A stretch of DNA of 64,000 nucleotides from Phormidesmis sp. (GTDB taxonomy: Bacteria > Cyanobacteriota > Cyanobacteriia > Leptolyngbyales > Leptolyngbyaceae), in assembly GCA_965248535.1 (NCBI GenBank), contig CBDFJR010000002.1, positions 576,001 through 640,000 on the forward strand, written 5' to 3'. Position 1 is the stretch's first letter. Each line of letters begins with the position of its first letter. Of this stretch, positions 10,225 through 18,902 are shown one piece after another. A program made the position numbers and the translations under genes. The notes below the pieces were generated by a model that saw only the letters and a program-made list of their open reading frames with translations, searched no databases and was not told the origin of the DNA.

Positions 10225-13200
10225 CTAAGCTGACATCTGCATCCAGTCATCCATATCGGCAAATGAGCCGCATCCGGTCACATCCATCAAGGTTTGCAGC
10301 GTGGCTAAATCGCGCTTTTCCCACTCGACGAAGATCGTGTCTCGATCGTCGTCGGGCGGATGATAGCGATAAACTCGAACGCCGCCGCGTCGCCCATCAG
10401 CCGCCTGATCGCGTCCGGTGCAGGTGAGCTTGATGCCAATTTTGCCCAGCAGTGCTTGCACGATCGCCATCGGCACCATTCTCTCAGTGATGGTGACATT
10501 AAATAAGGTTTTGATGTCGTCTTTATACTGCATTGCAAAGGAGACGATATGCTGCACCTCTGCGTCAGTGGCTCGAATCTTTTCGTCTAGTTTGAATAGG
10601 TCGAGGAGCTTGAGCGCTCGCAGGGCTTCAACCTGGGCTGTTAACAGCCGCAAATCTTGAGCCACAACCTTACCGTTGCCCCGATCTAAATGTCCTTGAA
10701 GCTCTTGCATATCATGCAGTTGCACAAATTCGGGATCGTGCGTTAAGTAATAGTGAAGTCGTAGTTGAGCATACCAGCCTTCATCATCTTTGAGCTTTAC
10801 TTCTGGCGTAATTTCAACAGCATAGCGACGTTGTAGCTCGTGTTTGCGTTTGCTGTGGCGCTTGCGTATCGTTTGTGATGAATAATCTCTCAGTTCGTCA
10901 TATTCTTCGGAACTCAACTCCGCAGAGGTTGAGATAGCGATCGCTTCTGCTTTTTGATTTTGAGTTCTAATTTTTGCGACCGCTTGCACGACTTGCTCAG
11001 TGCTTTGGGCGTTGTGTCGCCAGTCTAAAAACTCAAACCCAGAAACTTTGAGCGACCCATTTTTTAATAAATACAGCATTTCTTGAGTGACCGGAGTTTG
11101 GGTAAAAATCTTGGTGGCATCATCGGTGACGATCGTGACTTGATGACCTTCCATAAATAAGCCGTTGTGGAGTTCTTTGCGGTAGCTCCAAAGCGAGGCG
11201 TTGACCCGTGCCGCCATTTTTGCCCAAGTGCGAAGCGCGATCGGGTCGCTCTGCTCGTCTAAATCAAAATCGACTTCCTTTAAAAGAGAAATGTTGTATT
11301 TGACGGCTTTAGTGATTGATTGCGCTACGTCTCGATAGTTGCAGCTTCCGTTACCAATCTTGATCGGGCTGAAGTGAGTGCCCCACACAAAGCGCGGCAC
11401 CGATTCACGCACTCGTGCCAGGGCTTGACGCGATTCTGAGTCGGGCGTGACTCCTTGAAAGATGCCAAACACCGCTTGAAAGTGTCCGCGCACGTCGATC
11501 GAGACTCCACTCCCGATCGTCGGGGTTGACAGCACAATATCGTAGTCAGAAATAATTTGATTCAGTCGATCAACCACCCTAAACGCCGGATGTTCTGGAT
11601 CGGCAACACTTTCACTGTCGATTCTCAAAATGCGCTTGTCTGGGAATCGCAACTTAAGATAACTCTCTAAGTTTTTAGAACTCCACTTGCCCTTAACTTT
11701 TTGAGAATCGACACAGACAAAAACGGCTCCCGTTTCGATGACTTCTTCCATGCGGGCAACCAGCGGCGCAGGATTTTTGGTGTCGTAGAGAGAGACATCC
11801 CAGCCTAAGTCAGGCTTCCATTGGTTGATGACAAGCCAGGGCGCGATCGTAAACTCTGCCAGTCCTTTTAAATAGTCCAAACTGACATCCGACAGGTCAG
11901 CATCTTGGGCGATCAACAATCCCTGAGTTGAGAGAACAATCTGCACCAATTCTCTCAGCGTCTCTAAAATTCTGACGCGCTGGTGACAGCAGGTTGAACT
12001 GTTGAGCGCGTGCCAGAGAACCTGCTCGACCTCATCAAGAATGACGATCGCGCCCTCCCAATCTTCGGGGTTAAATCGCGCTTTTGAGCCAGAATGCAGA
12101 GAGTCAATGCACAGCCCATAGCCATAGATGCCTTGAGTTTCAGACTCTGGCACGTCTTCGATCCAATCTAAATCTAAGCTGTTGCAAATTGCTTTGCCGA
12201 GTTGAATGCGGTGCGTAATCACTAAAACCCTTCGCCCTTGCGATCGGGCGGCTTTGATCAGGGCTTGCAGCGCTGTTGTTTTGCCCGTCCCTTTAGGACT
12301 TTTGACCCCGACTAAACCAGAGGTTGGGTAAGGCAAATCTCCTAGATAGGGTTGATTGAGGGCGATCGTCGGCGCATAAGTTAACGACCACAAACGAGAG
12401 GCTTGCCAAAACTCTAGCGTGACAGCAGCGTCATAAATGTCTGCAAACGCCTCCTGTCCCCAAGCGACGACGAAATCATCTACGCCTTTTTGCGGCCCTG
12501 GCAGGGCGATGACTTTGACTTCACAGCCTGCACGATTTAACAATTGACCCAGCCGAGACGTTGCCAGCACAATGTTTTGAATGGTCTTCGGCTTGGTCTC
12601 ATAGTCAAAGCAGATATACACCGATCGCCCCTCGCTCGCAAAGTGGGCCAACTCTGCAATCAACTGCCGGGTGTCTCGACGATAGCCGCTAAAAATGCCG
12701 GGTAGCGCGATCGCCACATAGCCCAAACTCAGCAAGCACCCAGCTTTCTTTTCGCCCTCGGTCAAAATCAACGGCAGATTATTTTGCCAAACCCATTGCC
12801 AAAACATTTTTTTGTCTTCAAGGTCTGTCGGCAGGGCAATCTGATAGCGATCGGCAACGCGCTGCCAAATCGACTCTGGCACCTCTAGCAGCACCAATCG
12901 GCTAGACCCTTTGCCTAGACTGGGACTGAGATACTTTGCAGGCTTTCGCTTGGCCCGATCGAACACGGGTGTCTCAGCATCTGGCTTAAACCGTCCCCAC
13001 TCCATGCGCTGCCAGTCGCCAAACGGGTCAATGCCGCTGACCCACCAACCCCGCACATTTTGACGCGCTTCTTGGCCAAACCGCGTCACGCTCCAGTGCA
13101 AATGTTCGGCGATCGGGTAAGAAACCTCGTGAGTAAAGGGGTCGATCGCCGTGTCGCCCAGGGTTCGCACATTGAGCCGAATGATGCCCCGATCGACTCC

Positions 13201-13326
13201 GCTATCTAGCCATTCTTGCTCGTGCTCAAGGGCAAGCTCAGAGTCTGTTAGAGCTAAATTAAGGGGTTGCAAAGCGAGGGGCGACTCTAGCATTGAGCCG
13301 CCACAACTGGTACAATTTATCAGCAT
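10225..13326 (-). CDS. CyRepA1-family plasmid-type replication protein (DUF3854 TOPRIM-like primase plus helicase-like domain)
   Basis: ILTEGEKKA, ICFD and KGVDDF (TOPRIM/DUF3854); SPKGTGKT Walker A; ILDEVEQV; STPTIGSGVSID; QALARVR. Confidence 0.88.
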   Translation of the reverse strand: MLINCTSCGGSMLESPLALQPLNLALTDSELALEHEQEWLDSGVDRGIIRLNVRTLGDTAIDPFTHEVSYPIAEHLHWSVTRFGQEARQNVRGWWVSGIDPFGDWQRMEWGRFKPDAETPVFDRAKRKPAKYLSPSLGKGSSRLVLLEVPESIWQRVADRYQIALPTDLEDKKMFWQWVWQNNLPLILTEGEKKAGCLLSLGYVAIALPGIFSGYRRDTRQLIAELAHFASEGRSVYICFDYETKPKTIQNIVLATSRLGQLLNRAGCEVKVIALPGPQKGVDDFVVAWGQEAFADIYDAAVTLEFWQASRLWSLTYAPTIALNQPYLGDLPYPTSGLVGVKSPKGTGKTTALQALIKAARSQGRRVLVITHRIQLGKAICNSLDLDWIEDVPESETQGIYGYGLCIDSLHSGSKARFNPEDWEGAIVILDEVEQVLWHALNSSTCCHQRVRILETLRELVQIVLSTQGLLIAQDADLSDVSLDYLKGLAEFTIAPWLVINQWKPDLGWDVSLYDTKNPAPLVARMEEVIETGAVFVCVDSQKVKGKWSSKNLESYLKLRFPDKRILRIDSESVADPEHPAFRVVDRLNQIISDYDIVLSTPTIGSGVSIDVRGHFQAVFGIFQGVTPDSESRQALARVRESVPRFVWGTHFSPIKIGNGSCNYRDVAQSITKAVKYNISLLKEVDFDLDEQSDPIALRTWAKMAARVNASLWSYRKELHNGLFMEGHQVTIVTDDATKIFTQTPVTQEMLYLLKNGSLKVSGFEFLDWRHNAQSTEQVVQAVAKIRTQNQKAEAIAISTSAELSSEEYDELRDYSSQTIRKRHSKRKHELQRRYAVEITPEVKLKDDEGWYAQLRLHYYLTHDPEFVQLHDMQELQGHLDRGNGKVVAQDLRLLTAQVEALRALKLLDLFKLDEKIRATDAEVQHIVSFAMQYKDDIKTLFNVTITERMVPMAIVQALLGKIGIKLTCTGRDQAADGRRGGVRVYRYHPPDDDRDTIFVEWEKRDLATLQTLMDVTGCGSFADMDDWMQMSA

Positions 13327-13388
13327 AAGAAATCGATTCCCAGCAAAATGTTGGAATCATAAGGTTGCATTCAGACCCCTTTAGCAGA

Positions 13389-13474
13389 CTGTGGTAGGGA
13401 CGCTAGAGGGGTTTTGCTTGTCTAGACTTCTGCGAGTGGTAGGTCACAGTCAGTCTGAGTGGTAGGTCAGACTG
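13389..13474. repeat. GTGGTAGG direct repeats and a hairpin upstream of the CyRepA1 gene
   Basis: GTGGTAGG at 13391, 13436 and 13459 (GAGTGGTAGGTCA exact x2); CAGTCTGA/TCAGACTG inverted repeat around the third copy. Confidence 0.7.
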
Positions 13475-13590
13475 CATCTAGCAAAGCAAGATTGGTCATC
13501 ACGCTACGGATAGTAGTTCTAGGAACTGCCGTGGTGTGAATGAGACATTAGCATCCAACATTTCACAACTCAAGGGGCAGTTCGTTGGCA

Positions 13591-13894
13591 TACGCGCAAG
13601 TTATAGGTGAATTTTACGCGGGCGTTGCAGGCTAAAACCAGACGCGGGAGTGACGGGATCGCTCGGTGTTCCTCCGCCAAAGTTATGGCAAAAACTCGAC
13701 GCTAAAGTTACAGGACGCAGGATGAAACGCTTGATGGCAACGAGTCTGATTTGCCTAGATGAGCCATAAGGAAAGCGTTAAGTGAGACGCTGGAGTCACA
13801 GCCACGATCGGCGTTTCTACTCCAAAGTTACAGGCGCAAAACAGACGCTAAAGTTACAGGTCAATCGAAAAAAAACATACGCGGGCGTTATGGC
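13591..13894 (+). repeat. Iteron-like array of nine degenerate 17-bp direct repeats
   Basis: Starts at 13591, 13615, 13641, 13673, 13698, 13786, 13818, 13844 and 13878; approximate consensus KACGCNRRMGTTAYRGS; GACGCTAAAGTTACAGG exact x2. Confidence 0.85.
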
Positions 13895-13995
13895 ATCAGA
13901 TCGAAGGTACTATCTACATACAGAGTTAAAGCAAAGCTTCTCTGAGTCACACCGCTAGATATAGCGTCCAACTTCTGGACAAAATCGAAACCTTA

Positions 13996-15173
13996 ATGCA
14001 GGATATGTACGGTCAGCCATTTGAGGTGAGTCGGTCGGCCCTAGCCGTCAACCCGTCCTCCCTGTGCTCCCGTTCCTTTATCTGCGATCGATGAAAAAAC
14101 TAGAGGCAACGTTCCCTGTAGACGGGCAACTCTTGATGGTGTTGCCCAGGGCTGCCGCATCTCTCAAAAACCCAGATTTGCAACTTCCGATCTTGCGGTC
14201 TGACGCAGACGGCTATTATCTCGAAGTCCGCGTTGAGGCAGACCCCAGAGAGAGCAGCGAACTCACGCTGATTCGGCGAGTGCCGCTCGAAAATCTCTCG
14301 GCCGAGGAATGGGAAGATCTCAAGGCCGAATATGCCAAGCTCGACTGGAGTGTTTGCGCCCATCAAGGCATCAGCAAAGGGCTAGAGAAAATTCAAGACC
14401 GCAAAACTCAGCGTTTGTTTGCCGCTCTGCTGACGTTTCTCAACCCTCGACAAGTGTCGATCGTGCTTTATCTCTACAAGCTGGCGGCTCAACAGGGCAA
14501 TGGCGCGATCGTGACCTTTCGATCAAACGATTTGTTAGAGATTTTGGGCTACACCCGCACCAAAGATGGCGGATTTGCATCCAAGCTACGATCGCAGCTT
14601 AACCGTGATTTAGTCTCGCTTCACCGCACTGAATTAGTGCTAGCTCAATCCTTTAGAAAAGGCGCTCAAACTATGGGAGCCAAAGTCATGATCAAGAGTG
14701 TTTTGAGGATTAAAGATTACGAAATCGACAACGTGCCTCGTGATTTTGATCTCAGCAAAGCCGCCGATTATACCTATGAGTTAGCAGACGCTTATACGAT
14801 TTCTTTAGAGTTTTTTGATGGCCCGTCTCGCACCGGAGATTCTGTTCTATTTGCTAGCACGATCGACATCACTCAAAAGTTAGGCAATAACGCTAAAAGT
14901 GATTATAAAACAAAGCTATTGATCTACTTGGCTAGCCGCATGAAATGGGACACGCTGCAAGAGGGTCAATATGTCGTAATTTCCAAGCAATACTTGTTTA
15001 AAAACCTAGATTTGTTGGGCAGCAATTCATCTCGAAACAATCAAATTTTTTGGCGCACTGTTGAAGAATTAAAGCAAGCCGGCTACATTTTAGGCGCTCA
15101 AGAGCTACCGGGTAAAAACAAGATTGTGAGTGTGCAGTTTCAAATTAATTCGGCAAAGTTGAAATGTCATTGA
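13996..15173 (+). CDS. Putative replication-initiator-like DNA-binding protein; probable one-base frameshift near 14060 (intact frame 14064-15173)
   Basis: wHTH-like segments FRSNDLLEILGY...LRSQLNRDL and VEELKQAGYIL; lies directly downstream of the repeat array; adding one C joins MQDMYGQPFEV...NPSS to PVLPFLYLRSMKK. Confidence 0.55.
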
Positions 15174-15288
15174 GCGGACACCTCCAGCGAAGCTATTTGC
15201 TCTGTCTCTGCTCCCTATTCCGCACGGCATATCGTGCCTAGACTTTATGTGTTAGCATCGGGGCTAATGATGTCTCAATAATTCATCA

Positions 15289-15786
15289 ATGGGCAAGGTT
15301 CTGGTGCTCAATGCCTCCTACGAACCGCTCAACATAACCAGTTGGCGACGAGCGGTCGTTTTGTTAATCAAGGGCAAAGCAGAGCAGGTCGAACATAACG
15401 GTAAATATGTTTACTCAGGGTTTCCGTTGCCAACGGTGATCCGTCTGCGCCACTATGTCCGCGTTCCCTACAAAGAAATTCCTCTGACTCGAAAGAACCT
15501 GCTGCATCGAGACAGCCATTCCTGTCAATATTGTGGCTATGGGGGTGATGATTTGACGCTTGATCATGTGATCCCGCGATCGCGGGGCGGTGGTGACTCG
15601 TGGGAAAATATCGTCACGGCTTGCGTGCGCTGCAACGTCAAAAAGGGCAGCCGCACCCCTAAAGAAGCCAATATGCCCCTGCAATATCCGCCTCGCAAGC
15701 CCTATAGCAGTCTCTATTTTGAAGTCACAAAACACGTCAAAAACGGCGTGAATCAAGAATGGCGTAAATACGTCATTGGTATTTGA
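15289..15786 (+). CDS. HNH endonuclease (conserved McrA-like type)
   Basis: VLVLNASYEPL, CQYCG, LTLDHVIPRSRGG and CVRCN. Confidence 0.92.
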   Translation: MGKVLVLNASYEPLNITSWRRAVVLLIKGKAEQVEHNGKYVYSGFPLPTVIRLRHYVRVPYKEIPLTRKNLLHRDSHSCQYCGYGGDDLTLDHVIPRSRGGGDSWENIVTACVRCNVKKGSRTPKEANMPLQYPPRKPYSSLYFEVTKHVKNGVNQEWRKYVIGI

Positions 15787-15957
15787 TCCTCCTTGCCTTG
15801 ACTGGCTTGGAGGGTTTTTCTTGTGGTGTGACTCTCTCTCAGGTCAGTCAGTCTTGAGGGATAACCTCGATAAACTTCACCGTTTTTTGCGTTTTTTTGC
15901 GAAGATCAAGGCAGCGATCGCGTCAAACGGTCAACAAATCTCTACAAACTGGCAGCA

Positions 15958-17316
15958 ATGCCCTACCAGGGTAGCATCCTGGCTCCCTCCTCTATGCCAC
16001 CCACTATGCAATCTGATTCGAGTCCATCGCTTAATACATCGCTTAATACTTTGTTAATCACAATGGAACCAGATCCCGCATCTGGGTTGAGTTCGACGGT
16101 TGACTATTCCACCCTTGAGCCTGCTACAAAAGTGACTAATGGCGGGGGATATGCTAGTGAATATCGAGGCCGCTTTCCTTACGATGCGGCTCGATCGCCC
16201 GAACAAGAGCAAAAAATAGACGCATTTCGGCAGACTCTAGACCGTCACCGTGGCGATCGTCAGATTGTGATTCTGCAAGACTTTCCTGACCCTGATGCCC
16301 TGTCTTCAGCGTGGACTTATAAACTGATTGCCCAAAAATATGAAATTCACTGCGATATTGTCTATGCAGGAACCCTCAGCCATCAAGAAAACATTGCCTT
16401 AGTTAAGTTGACGGGGCTGCCCCTTCAGCGCTGGACGGTGCAATCACTCAAGACAAAAGATCTGTCGATCTACAAAGGCTGTGTGTTTATTGACAACCAG
16501 GGAACCACGAGCCAGCTATTTACGTCGATGCAGCAGGCTGGCGTGCCGATCGCTGTTGTTATCGATCATCACAGTATGCAAGACGACATGAGGGCAGAGT
16601 TTGTCGATATTCGTCCCCACACTCGTGCAACTGCCACGATTTTGACCCAATATCTGCAATCTGGGCTGCTAAAACTCGACAATAATTTGACTGAGCACGT
16701 CAAGTGTGCGACTTCGCTGATGCATGGGCTGAGATCCGATACCAATCGCCTCATGCAGGCTCAAGAAGAGGATTTTTTAGCGGCAGCTTATTTGAGCCGC
16801 TTTTATGATGCTCAGTTGCTAAATGCAGTGCTGCAATCATCTCGATCAAAGCAGGTCATGGATGTGATCGAGAGATCGCTGAAAAATCGCACGGTGCACA
16901 ACAACTTCTCGATCGCGGGGGTTGGCTATCTGCGCTATGACGATCGCGATGCGATCCCGCAGGCTGCTGATTTCCTAGTCACGGAGGAAAACGTCCATAC
17001 GGCGGTCGTTTACGGCATCGTTCATGACGAAGACGAGGAGCTAGAAGTGGTGGTCGGCTCGTTAAGAACCAATAAACTCACCCTTGATCCCGACGAGTTT
17101 ATTAAAGAAGCCTTTGGGCAAGATGCTCAGGGTCGCTTTTTTGGCGGCGGGCGATCGCAGGCGGGCGGGTTTGAGATTCCGATGGGCTTTTTGTCTGGCT
17201 TCACCGAAAACAGCGATTATGCCAAGATGAAGTGGAGCGTTCATGATGCCCAGGTCAAGCAAAAACTGCTGCGGCTGGTCAACCCAGAGCAAAACTATCC
17301 CAAAGGCGTGAACTAA
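15958..17316 (+). CDS. DHH-family phosphoesterase (NrnA-like)
   Basis: PDPDAL, VIDHH, GLRSDT and GGGR motifs; start codon uncertain. Confidence 0.88.
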   Translation: MPYQGSILAPSSMPPTMQSDSSPSLNTSLNTLLITMEPDPASGLSSTVDYSTLEPATKVTNGGGYASEYRGRFPYDAARSPEQEQKIDAFRQTLDRHRGDRQIVILQDFPDPDALSSAWTYKLIAQKYEIHCDIVYAGTLSHQENIALVKLTGLPLQRWTVQSLKTKDLSIYKGCVFIDNQGTTSQLFTSMQQAGVPIAVVIDHHSMQDDMRAEFVDIRPHTRATATILTQYLQSGLLKLDNNLTEHVKCATSLMHGLRSDTNRLMQAQEEDFLAAAYLSRFYDAQLLNAVLQSSRSKQVMDVIERSLKNRTVHNNFSIAGVGYLRYDDRDAIPQAADFLVTEENVHTAVVYGIVHDEDEELEVVVGSLRTNKLTLDPDEFIKEAFGQDAQGRFFGGGRSQAGGFEIPMGFLSGFTENSDYAKMKWSVHDAQVKQKLLRLVNPEQNYPKGVN

Positions 17317-17363
17317 ATCTTTTGCAAAACAAGGTAGAACGTAGAGAGCGTTCTACTTTGTTT

Positions 17364-17864
17364 ATGTCAACCTTTGATCTCTATCTTATTCGTCACGGAC
17401 TAGCCGGACAGCACGGCGACTATGAAGATGATCGCCAACGACCATTAACTGAAGAAGGCGATCGCAAAACTCATCAGGTTGCCAAGCGAATGGGTGAGTT
17501 GGGTTTGACGTTTGATCTGATCTTGACGAGTCCACTAGTTCGGGCTAGGCAAACGGCCGAGATTCTGCAAAAAGCTGGGTTGAGCAAGCATCTTCAAGAA
17601 GCTGCCTATCTTGCGCCGGGTGGTAATATCCAGACCTGGAGCAATTGGCTAGACGATTGGAAGCAAGCCGAAAAATCTCTAGCATTAGTCGGCCATGAGC
17701 CAGACTTGAGCACGTGGGCTGAGACCTTGATCTGGGGGAGCGCTCAAGGCAGGTTTACCCTCAAAAAAGCGGGCGCGATCGGGCTGACGCTGCCGTTGTC
17801 AGGTTCTCCGATCGCCCACAGCCAACTATTCTGGCTAACCCCCCCTCGGTTGCTGATTGCTTAA
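17364..17864 (+). CDS. sixA: Phosphohistidine phosphatase SixA
   Basis: LIRHG, SPLVRARQTAE and LVGHEP. Confidence 0.9.
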   Translation: MSTFDLYLIRHGLAGQHGDYEDDRQRPLTEEGDRKTHQVAKRMGELGLTFDLILTSPLVRARQTAEILQKAGLSKHLQEAAYLAPGGNIQTWSNWLDDWKQAEKSLALVGHEPDLSTWAETLIWGSAQGRFTLKKAGAIGLTLPLSGSPIAHSQLFWLTPPRLLIA

Positions 17865-17951
17865 AAACTCTTCACTGAGTTTATGCGGTTTGATACCCGG
17901 TCATGTGTAAAGTTATCTATTATTAAGTGTTCTAAGTAATCTTTGAGTTAG

Positions 17952-18902
17952 ATGGTCTCTCCGCCCCCTCAACATCAGCCTCTCTCTGAGGTGCAAAGCA
18001 GCTTGGCTCCCCACGGAATTGGATATCGGATCAAGCTGCTCTCCCAACTATCAGGGCGCAAATTTCAAGAACGCTTAGAACCCTTTGGCTTAACGCCGTT
18101 TCATTGGGTGGTGCTCTGCTGTCTGTGGCAAGAAGACGGGCTGACAACCTCGACCTTGGGCGATCGCTTGCAGCAAGTCGGCGGCACATTAACCGGAGTG
18201 CTCGATCGCATGGCCGAGCGCACCCTAATTCGCCGTGAGCGAGATCCCCACGATCGTCGAGTTTGGCGGATTTGGCTCACCGATGAGGGTCGAAAATTAC
18301 AGCAGATCTTGCCTCCGATCGCCGTCGAACTGCGTGAAGCGGCGTTACAAAATATCTCCCATGCCGACCGAGAACATCTGTCTCAACTGCTCGATCGGAT
18401 GCTCGTCAATGTGCAGCGATTTGTGGTTTCAAACTCTGAAAAGCTGCCCCTTTCAGATTCCCCCAGACAGGGCTGGCAAGAGATTTTAGCGCCTCATAGT
18501 TTGGGATATCGCCTTAAGCTGTTAGCTCAATTGGTGACCCGCAGTTTTCAAGACCGTCTAGAGCCGATCGGGTTAACGCCGTTTCACTGGGTGGTGCTCT
18601 GCTGCCTGTGGCAAGAAGACGGGCTGGCCACCTCAAATATTAGCGATCAGCTTCAGCAGGTCGGCGGCACGTTAACCGGAGTGCTCGATCGCATGGCCGA
18701 GCGCAACCTGATTCGTCGTGAGCGCGATCCCCACGATCGCCGAGTTTGGCGCATCAGACTCACCCCGGCAGGGCAAGAACTCAGCCAAGTGTTGCCCCCG
18801 ATCGCGATCGCGGTAGTTCAAGAAACCATGCAGGGCATTTCTGCCTCTGAGCAAGCGCAGTTTTCGCAGTGGGTCGATGTGTCGATCGTCAATCTAACGT
18901 AA
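17952..18902 (+). CDS. MarR-family regulator with two tandem MarR domains
   Basis: Two near-identical GLTPFHWVVLCCLWQEDGL...DPHDRRVWRI units. Confidence 0.9.
   Translation: MVSPPPQHQPLSEVQSSLAPHGIGYRIKLLSQLSGRKFQERLEPFGLTPFHWVVLCCLWQEDGLTTSTLGDRLQQVGGTLTGVLDRMAERTLIRRERDPHDRRVWRIWLTDEGRKLQQILPPIAVELREAALQNISHADREHLSQLLDRMLVNVQRFVVSNSEKLPLSDSPRQGWQEILAPHSLGYRLKLLAQLVTRSFQDRLEPIGLTPFHWVVLCCLWQEDGLATSNISDQLQQVGGTLTGVLDRMAERNLIRRERDPHDRRVWRIRLTPAGQELSQVLPPIAIAVVQETMQGISASEQAQFSQWVDVSIVNLT

Noticed and set aside
13591..13894. CRISPR array
   Set aside because: Repeats are only 17 bp and degenerate, spacers are mostly 7-17 bp, and there are no cas genes
15289..15786. HNH gene as part of the replicon or a homing element
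   Set aside because: It looks like the widespread conserved chromosomal HNH type; adjacency alone is not evidence
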